DNA of 64,000 bases, from positions 226,490 through 290,489 of the forward strand of contig JBFMGG010000003.1 in assembly GCA_040752835.1 (NCBI GenBank), read 5' to 3'. This document shows positions 47,849 to 57,764 of this stretch, in pieces. A program made the position numbers and the translations under genes. The number at the start of each line of letters is the position of its first letter. Positions within the stretch are counted from its first letter, which is position 1. Under the pieces are notes generated by a model. That model had not been told where the DNA came from. It made no database searches and saw nothing but the letters and a program-made list of their open reading frames with translations. Source of the stretch: Campylobacterota bacterium (GTDB taxonomy: Bacteria > Campylobacterota > Campylobacteria > Campylobacterales > Sulfurimonadaceae).

Positions 47849-48594
47849 GCATTCCCCAAAACGACGTTGATGCTGTAGCGCATGTCTTCGTCGAGGCTTT
47901 CCATATTCCCCAGCATCCAGGAGAGATAGCCGCGGTCGCTTTCAACGATTTCGCTAAGGGTTTTCCCTTTGTATTTTCCGAATTTGAGCGGACGGGAATA
48001 AAAAACGGGGGTCTGGGTCAACTCGACGAGTTTGTCGATCGGATTGACTTCGCCGAAGCGTTCGGAAAGCCGCTTGCGCAGCTCGCTCAAAAACAGTTTC
48101 AATACCAGCACGTCCCCGATCGCATCGTGAGCCTTCACCTCGATCCCCAGCGCCTGCGCTTCGGCCTGCTCGATTTTGTACAGCCCGAGCCGATAACGGA
48201 AATATTGCAAACGGTGCGCTTCTTCATCATCAAACAGATGCTTAGCGCAGCGCAGCGTATCGATCAGCCGCATCCGCGACGTAAAATTTTCTTTTGCCAG
48301 CATCCCCAGATCAAACGGGGCATTGTGGATAATCAGGACGTTTTCGGGTTCATTGAGACCTTCGAGGACACGAAATGCCCCCGTCTGCGTACACGTCGGA
48401 AGCCCTTCGATCATCTCGGGCGTGATGCCGTGCGTTTCCATGGCCGGTATCGCGATGGGGACTTCGCTCGAACACAGGTCGTTGTAAACTTCTACGTTTT
48501 TCCCCTCAAGGACCATGAATCCCAGTTGTATGATCCGGTCGTTTTCGCCCGCTCCCGTCGTTTCGGTGTCGAGTAAGACGTATTTCGCCATCAA
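47845..48594 (-). CDS. DEDDh 3'-5' exonuclease with C-terminal DUF3820-like module
   Basis: 249 aa. ExoI VLLDTETTG, ExoII IHNAPFDLGML, ExoIII AHDAIGDV. C-terminal FGKYKGKTLSEIVESDRGYLSWML. Confidence 0.8.
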   Translation of the reverse strand: MMAKYVLLDTETTGAGENDRIIQLGFMVLEGKNVEVYNDLCSSEVPIAIPAMETHGITPEMIEGLPTCTQTGAFRVLEGLNEPENVLIIHNAPFDLGMLAKENFTSRMRLIDTLRCAKHLFDDEEAHRLQYFRYRLGLYKIEQAEAQALGIEVKAHDAIGDVLVLKLFLSELRKRLSERFGEVNPIDKLVELTQTPVFYSRPLKFGKYKGKTLSEIVESDRGYLSWMLGNMESLDEDMRYSINVVLGNA

Positions 48595-48947
48595 TACTGG
48601 TCGTCGTCTTCGTCGCGGTCGAATTCGTCGTAATCGTCCTCGTCCTCGTCGTCGAAATCGTCCTCATCGTAGTACAAGTCGTCTTCGTCTTCGTCCCCTT
48701 CGCGCATTGAGGTCAGCTCGGTATAGAGCTGCTCGGCTTCCTCTTCGTCAAGCTGCCCGCTGTTGATCTCGCCGAGCAGCTCCTTATACTCGTCGCGGAG
48801 CGCCTGAAGGTCTTCGAGCTGGGCCCGTTCCTGAGGCGACGCGTCTTTTTGCGATGCGATCGATTCGAAGATATCGTCAATGTGTTCTTCCACGTCGGGG
48901 ATCAACTCGTTTTGAATCAAATGTTTTAGTTGTGTCAAGTATGCCAT
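48591..48947 (-). CDS. Hypothetical hyper-acidic protein
   Basis: 118 aa. Helical N-part, then a ~45-aa tail that is almost entirely D/E with interspersed Y/F (EGDEDEDDLYYDEDDFDDEDEDDYDEFDRDEDDDQY). Stop overlaps the exonuclease ATG (ATGA). Confidence 0.6.
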   Translation of the reverse strand: MAYLTQLKHLIQNELIPDVEEHIDDIFESIASQKDASPQERAQLEDLQALRDEYKELLGEINSGQLDEEEAEQLYTELTSMREGDEDEDDLYYDEDDFDDEDEDDYDEFDRDEDDDQY

Positions 48948-49124
48948 CTTCTATTCCTTGCGGTTTGAATAATCTCATTATAGTCTAAAAACAAGAACGA
49001 GTACAGAAACGAAAGGAAAAAAAATGACGTTTTTGCAGGGCTTTTGCACAGGGAAAAAGATTGTAGAAATGATAAATCGGATCGAAAAACCGGGGATTTA
49101 AAAGGGAGTTTTTAATAAAAAGAA

Positions 49125-49209
49125 TGGTGCGATCGGCGAGATTTGAACTCGCACACCTGTTGGCACTACCCCCTCAAGATAGCGTGTCTACCAATTCCAC
49201 CACGATCGC
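49125..49209 (-). tRNA. tRNA-Leu (anticodon GAG)
   Basis: 85-nt class II tRNA read on the minus strand. Acceptor GCGATCG/CGATCGC, anticodon stem-loop CTATC-TTGAGGG-GGTAG, long variable arm, T-arm GCGAGTTCAAATCTCGC, encoded ACCA. Confidence 0.93.
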
Positions 49210-49260
49210 AGTTAAAAAGAAAAAAGATCAGCCGAAGCTGACCGAGGGTCATACCCGGAA

Positions 49261-49575
49261 TTACCCGAGGTATGGGTTCGCGTAAAGAGCGATAAGAGCG
49301 ATGACCAGGGTATAGATAACCTGAGCTTCGATCATCGCAAGAGCGATGAACATAGTTGTCATCAGTTTGCCGCCGAGGCCAGGGTTACGAGCTGTACCGG
49401 CGATTGTTGCGGCAGCAGTGCTACCCATACCGATGGCACCACCGAGTGCAGCCAGACCAAGGCCGACACCCGCAGCGATCATCGAGTATGCTTTAAGCGT
49501 TTCGTTCACTACTGCTTCTTCAGCACCGAATGCTGCAGCGGCAAGAGCGATCATAAGAAAAAGAACTTTTTTCAT
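49261..49575 (-). CDS. atpE: F0F1 ATP synthase subunit c
   Basis: 104 aa from the ATG at 49575 (GGAGA RBS). Hairpin with GTARNPG loop and ALAMIEAQVIY (carboxylate Glu). Confidence 0.9.
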   Translation of the reverse strand: MKKVLFLMIALAAAAFGAEEAVVNETLKAYSMIAAGVGLGLAALGGAIGMGSTAAATIAGTARNPGLGGKLMTTMFIALAMIEAQVIYTLVIALIALYANPYLG

Positions 49576-49669
49576 GAGTGATCTCCGTAAATTATTCAAA
49601 GCCCGTTCGGATTACGTATCCCTACTTATCGCTTCGTGGATGGAATTATAATCCGGTGCAGCTAAAAAA

Positions 49670-51847
49670 TTACTTAGCCCGCCCAAGCCCGATTTTGTTT
49701 CCTTTGAATTCGACGATTTCGACCGTGATCTCGTCCCCCTCTTTGACCACGTCGCTCACCCGCGATACGTGGCCGTCGGAGAGGCGGGAAATGTGGATCA
49801 GCCCGTCGACACCGCCGGGTAATTCGACAAACGCCCCGAAATCGACGATTTTTTTCACTTTTCCGGTGACGACGTCACCGAGTTTATATTCCACCTTTTC
49901 GGGTTGTACCGCGCCGCTGGCGATCCCTTCGATGTGATCGCGCGCTCCTCGCAGCCCTTCGCGGTTTTTCCCGGTCAGCTTCACCGCACCTTTTTTCTTG
50001 TCGATATCGATCGTGACGTCGAAGCGCTCGATGATCTCGCGGATCGTTTTGCCTGCCTGACCGATGATATCGGCGATCGAACCCGGATCGACATGGAACA
50101 AGTCGGTACTCGGGAGCGTCCCTTCATTCAGCTCGATTTTCGCTTCGGAAGCCAACATGATGTCGATGATATGACTACGGGCCTCTTTAGCCTGAAAGAG
50201 CGCCTCGCGCAGGACGTCCAGACGTATCCCTCCGAGTTTGATGTCCATCTGCATCGCCGTGATTCCCTCTTTGGAACCCGCCACTTTGAAATCAAGGTCG
50301 CCGTCATGGTCTTCAAGGCCCATAATGTCGGTGAGAATCGCATATTTCTCCCCTTCAGAAACCATTCCCATCGCGACCCCCGCGATCGGATCGGCCATCT
50401 CCAGATCTCCCGCACGAAGTGCCATGTAGCCGCCGCACACCGTCGCCATCGATGACGAACCGTTTGACTCAAGGATTTCGGATACGAGGCGCACCGTCTG
50501 GCCGTTTTGGACACAGGAGCCCTCGAGTGCCCGTTTGGCGAGATTTCCGTGCCCGAGTTCCCGGCGGCGAGGGGCTCCGATCGGCGAAGGTTCTCCGACG
50601 CTGAATCCGGGGAAGTTGTAGTGGACCATGAACGTTTCGTTCTGCGTCCCTTTATCGGTGAGGTTTTCAAACATCTGCGCGTCTTTGGCGCCGCCGAGCG
50701 TCAAGACGACGAGCGCCTGGGTCTGTCCTCTGGTAAAGAGTGCCGAAGCGTGGGCTCCGGGGAGAACATTCGTTTCGATGCTGATGGGGCGAACTTCGGC
50801 AAGCCCGCGTCCGTCAGCGCGGACGCGTTCATCCAGAATCTGTGCGCGTACCATTGAGCGTTTGACCGACTCGATCGCCTTTTTCAGTTCGTGTTCGTCC
50901 CACTCGGGCTTCTCTTTCATGATATTTTTACGGATCGTGCGCAGCGCGGTGCTCCGCTCCGTTTTGGCCATCTGGTTGATCCCTTTTTTCAGGTCATCGG
51001 TATGGGTGGCGCGGACGTACTCTGCCATTTCGGCGTTGATTTCGCTGATGACGCACTGCAACTCGAACGGTTCGGCCGCAAAAGGCTTGAACGCCGATTC
51101 ATACGACGTGTTCGCTTTTTTCAGTTCCTCTTGGGCACGCTCCAAAACGGTGATGAGTTCATCTTCGCTCATCGCATTCGAACGGCGCACCGGCATCGTC
51201 TGCGCCATTCCCGCCGAATCGATGATCGGATCGATCATCAGTGCGTCGAGAACCTCAACTTCATCGCTTCCGATGCTTTGCATCTCGATCATCAGCATAT
51301 CATCCCGGCTTCCGGCGAGGTAGAGATCCAGGGTGCTGTTCTCCATCTCTTCACGCGTCGGATTGAACACGATCTCGCCGTCGATTTTGGCGGCCCGCAC
51401 CGCGGTCACCGACGTAAAGATGTCGATGTCCGATACGTAGAGTGCCGCAGACGCCGCATTCAGCGCAAGCACCTGCAAATCGGCATCGTTGTCGGCACTA
51501 AGAACCATCACCGTGATCTGGATCGGGTTGGCGAATCCTTTGGGAAAAAGCGGACGGAGCGAACGGTCGACGATCCGCGACGTCAGCGTCTCAAAATCGC
51601 TGGGTTTGGTTTCTCGTTTGATGAATCCGCCGGGAAATTTCCCGGCCGCGTAACTCTTTTCGATGTACTGCACCGTCAGCGGCAAAAAGTCCTCGTCCAC
51701 GAAATCGGTTTCGTCCACGACGACGGTCGCTAGGATCACCGTGTTCCCGCATTTGAGCCACGCGGCCCCGTTTGCCTGCTTGGCTACCTGTCCGAATGCG
51801 TATGATTCGGTTTTGTTCGTCAGTTCCAGTTCTACGTTATAGTTCAT
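49670..51847 (-). CDS. pnp: Polyribonucleotide nucleotidyltransferase (PNPase)
   Basis: 725 aa. Two RNase PH domains, a KH domain, and a C-terminal S1 domain (GDVVTGKVKKIVDFGAFVEL). Confidence 0.97.
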   Translation of the reverse strand: MNYNVELELTNKTESYAFGQVAKQANGAAWLKCGNTVILATVVVDETDFVDEDFLPLTVQYIEKSYAAGKFPGGFIKRETKPSDFETLTSRIVDRSLRPLFPKGFANPIQITVMVLSADNDADLQVLALNAASAALYVSDIDIFTSVTAVRAAKIDGEIVFNPTREEMENSTLDLYLAGSRDDMLMIEMQSIGSDEVEVLDALMIDPIIDSAGMAQTMPVRRSNAMSEDELITVLERAQEELKKANTSYESAFKPFAAEPFELQCVISEINAEMAEYVRATHTDDLKKGINQMAKTERSTALRTIRKNIMKEKPEWDEHELKKAIESVKRSMVRAQILDERVRADGRGLAEVRPISIETNVLPGAHASALFTRGQTQALVVLTLGGAKDAQMFENLTDKGTQNETFMVHYNFPGFSVGEPSPIGAPRRRELGHGNLAKRALEGSCVQNGQTVRLVSEILESNGSSSMATVCGGYMALRAGDLEMADPIAGVAMGMVSEGEKYAILTDIMGLEDHDGDLDFKVAGSKEGITAMQMDIKLGGIRLDVLREALFQAKEARSHIIDIMLASEAKIELNEGTLPSTDLFHVDPGSIADIIGQAGKTIREIIERFDVTIDIDKKKGAVKLTGKNREGLRGARDHIEGIASGAVQPEKVEYKLGDVVTGKVKKIVDFGAFVELPGGVDGLIHISRLSDGHVSRVSDVVKEGDEITVEIVEFKGNKIGLGRAK

Positions 51848-52493
51848 CTCTTTTCTCCAAAATTGTCTCTATCGTCTCTTCCTCGACGGGGTCGAATTCC
51901 TGATAATAGCATTGCGTATCGACGTAATCGTCAATCTCATGGACGCAGAAAACGGCGTCCACGATCGGGTCGAGCGCTTCGACCACCTCCGAGGGGATCA
52001 CCGGTGCGGCGACATATACCGCCTTGGCCTTTTGCGAAAACGCGGTTTTGATCGCGCACATCAGTTTGAGTCCCGTTTCGCTCCCCTCGTCGATGAGCAG
52101 GACCGTTTTTCCTTTCATCGACTCGAAATGTTCCCCTTTACGGTATCGGTAGATCGCACTGAGGATTTTCTCTTCGTGTTTGCGCGTCGCTTCGCCGTAG
52201 ATATAATCCACCTGGATATCAAACGCTTCGATCAGGGGCTGCAGGATTACGATCTCTTCGGTTTCGCTCACCCGCGCGAGTTCGCATTCGCCGTTTTGGG
52301 GAGCGGTGATCGATGCCGAGAGAAGATAGTCGATGGGAAGTTTCAGGCGGGTATTGAGGGCGTCGGCAATGACAAGCCCCCCCGCAGAGACCGCGACAAG
52401 ACTCCATCCTTCGTTTTTCATCCGATCAAGCGGCAGCACCTCTTTGAGCTGGACCGCCGCGTCGGAGCGGTTTTTAAACTTGATCTGCTGCAT
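51837..52493 (-). CDS. Phosphoribosyltransferase-family protein
   Basis: 218 aa from the ATG at 52493 (MQQIKFKNRSDA...). PRTase motif VLLIDEGSETG. The track's longer start would overlap the upstream MCE gene. Confidence 0.75.
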   Translation of the reverse strand: MQQIKFKNRSDAAVQLKEVLPLDRMKNEGWSLVAVSAGGLVIADALNTRLKLPIDYLLSASITAPQNGECELARVSETEEIVILQPLIEAFDIQVDYIYGEATRKHEEKILSAIYRYRKGEHFESMKGKTVLLIDEGSETGLKLMCAIKTAFSQKAKAVYVAAPVIPSEVVEALDPIVDAVFCVHEIDDYVDTQCYYQEFDPVEEETIETILEKRDEL

Positions 52494-52501
52494 AACCGGG
52501 T

Positions 52502-53902
52502 TTACCGTGCCATCGATGCGGCACCGAACGTATATTTGATGTCGTTGTCGATAAAGCGCAATCCAAGCCCCAGGAAGAGGTTCTGCGATTGCGGGTTGAG
52601 GAAATTGTCCCATCCGCCGTAGAGTTCAAGATGCTTGAGCATCTGGTAGCGCAATTGCGCTTTGAGATGCGCCCGCTCGGAGCGGACGTCGTTGACGGCA
52701 TTGAAATCGAACGCTTCGGCCGAAAACTTCAGGCGGTCGTGGTTCATAAAATAGTCAAACCCGATCCCCCCGGTCGATTCGATCGCCCCGAAACGGAGCA
52801 GGAGATTGTCGAAACGTTTCCCGTACTGGAGCGAATAATAGAGTTCGCTCTCTTTGTGTTTGCCCGGGGGGTTTGTCGTGTATTGCGAGTAATCGTCGGT
52901 GCTGATCAGGTCAAACATGTAGTACGTTTCGGGATTGGGAAGGTAGTTTACCCCCAGATAAACCTTGCCGTACTGATCGCGCATCATGTAATCGGTATGC
53001 ATCGCCACCTGCAGCTCGCTGGTCGTAAAGTTCGAGAGCATCGAATCGACTTTCGCGAACGCCTGCTCCCCGCTTTTGAAGAAGTCCCCCGCGGAGGTGA
53101 GAGCCGTTTTGAGCGACGAGCGGTTTTCGCTCAGGATGTCGCTGACGTTGTCTTCGATTTTGACGAATTTATCGACCGCTTCGGGGAGTTTGTGCTCGAG
53201 CGCGCCGCTGATGTTGTCCATCCGCGTCGTCAGCGAATTGATCCGGGCCATGATTTCGGGCAGGTCTTTGTTTACCGTATCGGCGCTTTGGGCGAATCCG
53301 GCGCTCATCGCCCTGAAATTGGCGATCGCGGCGTGCAGGTCTTCGCGGTTTTCGACGATGACGCCATCTAGGTTGACCCCGACGTTTCGAAAAGCGATGA
53401 TCGCTTCCTGGATCGCTTTGCGGTGTTCATCATCCAGCGTTTGGCGAAAATCACGCATCAGCAGTTCGAGCTCGCGGGCGGCGGCGTTGACCGAGTCGCT
53501 GGTCTGATCGAACGAGGCATAACGTTTTGCCTGCGGCAGAGTGCCCCCGCTTGCAAGCATCTGCGGTGAATCACCGACGACGATATTGAGCACTTTCGTC
53601 CCCAGCAACGACTCCTGTGCGACGATGACTGAGGAGTCGAGCGGAATTTTGACCCCTTCGTCGATGGCCAGTTCGAGACGGACCCGCTTTCCTTCGATCG
53701 CTATGTCGCTGATTTCGCCGATTTTGACCCCGTTCATCAGAACGTGCGTATGTTCCTCGATTCCCGATGCGTCGTCGACGTAGGCGTTGGCGGGATAGGT
53801 TTCACCGCCCCAGGTACCAAACGACGTCACCTGCGTCGAAAGGAACAACAAGGCCCCCAACGCCATCAGAACGAAAAGACCGATTTTAGCTTCCAGTTTC
53901 AT
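52502..53902 (-). CDS. MCE/MlaD-domain protein with long helical and beta-rich C-terminal extension
   Basis: 466 aa. N-terminal TM. The MCE domain is AYVDDASGIEEHTHVLMNGVKIGEISDI...SLLGTKVLNIV. It is followed by ~170 aa of helical sequence and a ~170-aa Tyr/Gly/Asp-rich beta-type C-terminus. Confidence 0.75.
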   Translation of the reverse strand: MKLEAKIGLFVLMALGALLFLSTQVTSFGTWGGETYPANAYVDDASGIEEHTHVLMNGVKIGEISDIAIEGKRVRLELAIDEGVKIPLDSSVIVAQESLLGTKVLNIVVGDSPQMLASGGTLPQAKRYASFDQTSDSVNAAARELELLMRDFRQTLDDEHRKAIQEAIIAFRNVGVNLDGVIVENREDLHAAIANFRAMSAGFAQSADTVNKDLPEIMARINSLTTRMDNISGALEHKLPEAVDKFVKIEDNVSDILSENRSSLKTALTSAGDFFKSGEQAFAKVDSMLSNFTTSELQVAMHTDYMMRDQYGKVYLGVNYLPNPETYYMFDLISTDDYSQYTTNPPGKHKESELYYSLQYGKRFDNLLLRFGAIESTGGIGFDYFMNHDRLKFSAEAFDFNAVNDVRSERAHLKAQLRYQMLKHLELYGGWDNFLNPQSQNLFLGLGLRFIDNDIKYTFGAASMAR

Positions 53903-53918
53903 ACGCTGCCTCTTTGTA

Positions 53919-56054
53919 TTAGTTGCCGCTGAGTTTATAGTTGAACTCAGACCCCCCGACCGGTTTGAGGACGATCGTGATAAAGATATACGAATCGTTC
54001 ACCGAATCGTTTGCACTCGCGTTGGTGAGAATCGGCCGACGGTTCTGAACCAGCCGCAGACCGAAATCCAGACAACGCCGCGAATAGAGGAATCCGATTT
54101 CGCTTGTTTTCATCAAATCCTCACGGTAATCGTAGGCGACCGATCCGAATATCCGGTAATTACGGTTGTACTGGTATGCCGCATCGGCCGTCCAGTAACT
54201 CGAATAGACCGTCTGGTTGTTCAGGAGCTGGTCGGTGTAGTAGTGGTTGATTCCCGCACTTACAACCCCGTTATTATAGCGCAGTGAATTTTGCTCTTTG
54301 GTGATGCGGTTGCGGTCGTGGTGGTAAGAGGTCTGGTTGTAAAACGAAACCGCCTCGGTGATCTGCCACTCCAGCTCGTTTTGCAGCTCCCCGTAATAGC
54401 TGCCCGCTTCGTCGAAACGGAAATTCTGCGACAGCCGGTCGGCGAGAATCTGTTTGCCGTCTTCGAAAAGGTAGTTGTTCAGTCCCAGGGAGAGGGTATC
54501 GCTGGGCTCGTTGAGGGTATAGTATTCGCACGCGGCATTCGTATTCCCCGGAATACATTGCTGGCTGGAATGAAACGTTTCGTAATAACCGCTGTATCGG
54601 CGGCTTCCGGCGGCGGTATAGCTCACGCTCGGGGTAATCGCGTGAACGTACGATTCGTACGGGCGCACCAGCGTCGAGGAGAGGGCGAAAGTGTGGTCCA
54701 GCTGCGCGTAGAGCCCCTGTTCGTAACGGTTGGTATCGTCACTGTAAGGGTTGCCGTAAAAACTGATGACCCGCGATGAGGCGTTCATCGTGTAGCTGGC
54801 GTCGAGGTATTCATCGAACAGCGCCGTTTGCAATACGACCGGGACGCTGAAATCGCCCTGTATCGCCCGTTTGCCGTCGGGACGGTAATAGTGCGTTGCG
54901 GTCGCCTCCCCGTTGATGAGGAGGTGGTCTTCCATAAACGTCTGGAGATAACGGTGATAGTGCAATGTCGGAATCGTCTGGATTGTGCGGTCGTTGTTGG
55001 CCAGGTCCAGGTACTGGTAATGTTTGAAATAGGCACCGAGATAATGATCTTCGCCGTTGTAGTAGGCATTGATACGCGACATCACCTGATTCGAGGTGAC
55101 GTTTTGCGTCTGATCCGATTTTTGGAGGTTCAGGTAATCGACGTCGTTCATCCACGCGCCGTCGACGTACAATCCCGATTCTCCCGGAAGCGATAAGCCG
55201 AGCCATTCGCGTAGCGGAGCTTTGTGGATGTAATCGACTTCATATCCGTAGTGTTTCTGGTTCGCAAGGTCCTGTTTCTCGGCGTAAGCGGCCTGTTCTT
55301 TGAAATATCCGACGCGAATGGAGCCCTGGGAAGAGAGGGTGTCGACGAAACGGAAATCGGCGTACATCCCCTCCCCGCGCGAAGTACGGATCTGGGGGCG
55401 AAGCTCCAGGTCCCACCAGTTGTGGGGGGCGAGGTAGATCGGCTGCTGATAATAAAACCCCTCGGAATTGGACCATCCGAAACTGGGGATCAGCAGACCG
55501 CTGCGCCGGGTCCGGTCGGTCGGATACCCGAAATAGGGGAGATAAAAAACGGGGACGTCGTTGATGACGAGGCGGGCGTTAAAGAGGTTCAGCCACATCG
55601 CTTCGGTGTCGTAATTCGCACTGCTAAAGCGGATTTTCCAGAGCGGATCGGTCGATTCACATCCCGATACCGCTCCGCTGGAGAGATCAATTTCGTTTTC
55701 GCACGCTTCGGCCTCTTCGGTACTCAGCCAGTTGCCGCTCGCCTGATCGAGCATGTAATAGGGCTTTGAATAGCGCTTGTCGGTCGTAAGATTATACCGG
55801 GCGTAGTCGCTGATGATGTGGTACTGATTCGCCTTGAAAACGTTCACCGACCCCTTGGCTTCAACGACGGTGGTATTTTTGTCGTAAAACATCTCTTCGG
55901 CGCTCATGATCTGGTCTTGATAGAGCATCACAGGGTTTCCCCCCGCATACGCGGTCGAACCATTCATGTCGGCATGGGTTCCGACCAGCTCGACCCGGTC
56001 GGAACCCAAAAGTATCGTCGATGCGACCAAACTGATCCAGCCGAACTTACGCAT
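53919..56054 (-). CDS. lptD: LPS-assembly outer-membrane protein LptD (OstA/Imp)
   Basis: 711 aa. Signal peptide, an OstA-like N-domain, and a large aromatic-rich beta-barrel region. Confidence 0.85.
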   Translation of the reverse strand: MRKFGWISLVASTILLGSDRVELVGTHADMNGSTAYAGGNPVMLYQDQIMSAEEMFYDKNTTVVEAKGSVNVFKANQYHIISDYARYNLTTDKRYSKPYYMLDQASGNWLSTEEAEACENEIDLSSGAVSGCESTDPLWKIRFSSANYDTEAMWLNLFNARLVINDVPVFYLPYFGYPTDRTRRSGLLIPSFGWSNSEGFYYQQPIYLAPHNWWDLELRPQIRTSRGEGMYADFRFVDTLSSQGSIRVGYFKEQAAYAEKQDLANQKHYGYEVDYIHKAPLREWLGLSLPGESGLYVDGAWMNDVDYLNLQKSDQTQNVTSNQVMSRINAYYNGEDHYLGAYFKHYQYLDLANNDRTIQTIPTLHYHRYLQTFMEDHLLINGEATATHYYRPDGKRAIQGDFSVPVVLQTALFDEYLDASYTMNASSRVISFYGNPYSDDTNRYEQGLYAQLDHTFALSSTLVRPYESYVHAITPSVSYTAAGSRRYSGYYETFHSSQQCIPGNTNAACEYYTLNEPSDTLSLGLNNYLFEDGKQILADRLSQNFRFDEAGSYYGELQNELEWQITEAVSFYNQTSYHHDRNRITKEQNSLRYNNGVVSAGINHYYTDQLLNNQTVYSSYWTADAAYQYNRNYRIFGSVAYDYREDLMKTSEIGFLYSRRCLDFGLRLVQNRRPILTNASANDSVNDSYIFITIVLKPVGGSEFNYKLSGN

Positions 56055-56496
56055 CGATCACCAATGTACGCGCGGTGCGGTCATGCCAGCTACGGCGGTA
56101 GGGATCGAGCATCGCCCACAAAAATCCCAGATAGAAAAGCACTTCGCTCACTACGCGGAAAACGCTCCGGTTGAACGCGCTCAAAAATCCCGGGTTCGAC
56201 AGGGTAGCCAGTTCGATCACACGGATTTTCATGATGATTTTCCCCAGGCTCGCGCCGTATTGCATCGTAAAAAACGTGTGGTAGACGATTTTGATCGCCA
56301 TAAACTCGAGGAGAAAACTGTTGGTGAGGGCAATCATCTGTTCGACCGTTTTGGCCGCGGAAATGGCATCCCACAAAATGACGAACATCAATACCGACAA
56401 AAGTATCTCATCGATCCCGAACGCCGCAGCCCGCTTGCGCAGGGAGGCGGGTTCGAGCCGTTCGCGCTCCAGCAGCGTTTCGAGTTGTTCGTCCAT
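56047..56496 (-). CDS. RDD-family membrane protein
   Basis: 149 aa from the ATG at 56496 (TGATG overlap with the purD stop). RKRAAAFGIDEIL..., three TM segments, and a C-terminal SWHDRTARTLVI typical of RDD proteins. Confidence 0.75.
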   Translation of the reverse strand: MDEQLETLLERERLEPASLRKRAAAFGIDEILLSVLMFVILWDAISAAKTVEQMIALTNSFLLEFMAIKIVYHTFFTMQYGASLGKIIMKIRVIELATLSNPGFLSAFNRSVFRVVSEVLFYLGFLWAMLDPYRRSWHDRTARTLVIDA

Positions 56497-57764
56497 CAGC
56501 GCAACGCTTGGTAGGCGATATCGGTGCGGAGTTTTTTCCCCGCGTAATGGACCTGCCCGCACAGCATGTAGGCGCGGTCCCGGGCCTGTTTAATGCTCTC
56601 ACCGACACCGACGCACACCAGCACCCGCCCTCCGGTTGCGTAGAGTTTCCCGTCCTCGGCACTGACTCCGGCATACGCGATATGGGTATTTTGGGCAATC
56701 TCCTCGTGATGAATCTCATCCACGATGATTTCGGCCGGTTCGGAATTGGTATAGGGATAATCGCGGCTGGCCATGACGACGCCGACGGCATATCGGTCGT
56801 GGAATTCGACTTTCAGGGTATCGAGCTGCTTGGTCGCCGCTTTGTAAAAGAGTTCGCTCGCCGGTGTTTTGAGCAGCGGCATCAGAATTTCACACTCGGG
56901 ATCGCCGAAGCGAACGTTGAATTCCAGCGTCAGCGGCTCGCCGTTGACGATCATCAGCCCGATAAACAAAACGCCTTCGAAAGGGGCCCCCTCTTCCTGC
57001 ATCCCTTTGAGGGTCGGACGGATGATCCGTTCTTTCACCTTCTCGTAAATCACTTCGTCCACAAGCGGCGTCGGGGCGTACGCTCCCATCCCTCCGGTAT
57101 TGGGCCCTTCGTCGTTGTCCAAAAGGCGTTTGTGATCCTGCGCCGCGGGGAGAAGGATAAAATCCTTTCCGTCGCACAGCGCGAACATCGACAATTCGTA
57201 ACCGTCCAGGAATTCTTCGACGACGACCCGCTTGCCCGCATCCCCGAACGCTTTACCGCTGAGCATCTCCGACACGGCGACTTTCGCTTCCTCATGGCTC
57301 ATCGCGATGATGACCCCTTTTCCGGCGCACAGCCCGTCGGCTTTGACGACGATCGGCGCGCTCAGCGATTCGATGAATTTGAAAGCATCCCCGATGTGAT
57401 CGGTTTCGATGTAGCGTGCGGTCGGGATGTTGTTCTTGGCCAAAAAGTTTTTCATGTAGACTTTGGAGCCTTCCAGCTGCGCCGCGGCTTTCGAGGGGCC
57501 GAAAATAACCAGCCCCTTCGATTTGAATACATCCACCACGCCCTCGCTCAGCGGCCCTTCGGGGCCGACGATGGTTAGATCGATGCCGTTATCCAGGGCA
57601 AACCGCGCCAGTTCGTCATAGTCTTTGATCGATACGTTTTCGCCGAGCATCGGCGTCGCGCCGTTACCCGGGGCAAAATAGAGTTTCGTAACCGCAGGAT
57701 CCTGTTTCAGGACTCTGCCGATGGCAAACTCCCGTCCGCCGCTACCGATGACCATTACGCGCAT
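56496..57764 (-). CDS. purD: Phosphoribosylamine--glycine ligase
   Basis: 422 aa. [15 protein letters not shown]..., ATP-grasp motifs, and [12 protein letters not shown]. Confidence 0.96.
   Translation of the reverse strand: MRVMVIGSGGREFAIGRVLKQDPAVTKLYFAPGNGATPMLGENVSIKDYDELARFALDNGIDLTIVGPEGPLSEGVVDVFKSKGLVIFGPSKAAAQLEGSKVYMKNFLAKNNIPTARYIETDHIGDAFKFIESLSAPIVVKADGLCAGKGVIIAMSHEEAKVAVSEMLSGKAFGDAGKRVVVEEFLDGYELSMFALCDGKDFILLPAAQDHKRLLDNDEGPNTGGMGAYAPTPLVDEVIYEKVKERIIRPTLKGMQEEGAPFEGVLFIGLMIVNGEPLTLEFNVRFGDPECEILMPLLKTPASELFYKAATKQLDTLKVEFHDRYAVGVVMASRDYPYTNSEPAEIIVDEIHHEEIAQNTHIAYAGVSAEDGKLYATGGRVLVCVGVGESIKQARDRAYMLCGQVHYAGKKLRTDIAYQALR

Noticed and set aside
48598-48720. Low-complexity GTC/GTCGTC/CTC repeat-like DNA that might be mistaken for a tandem repeat or array.
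   Set aside because: It is the coding sequence of the Asp/Glu-rich tail of the 118-aa acidic protein (in frame, imperfect triplet periodicity). There is no spacer/repeat organisation, so it is not CRISPR or VNTR-like.
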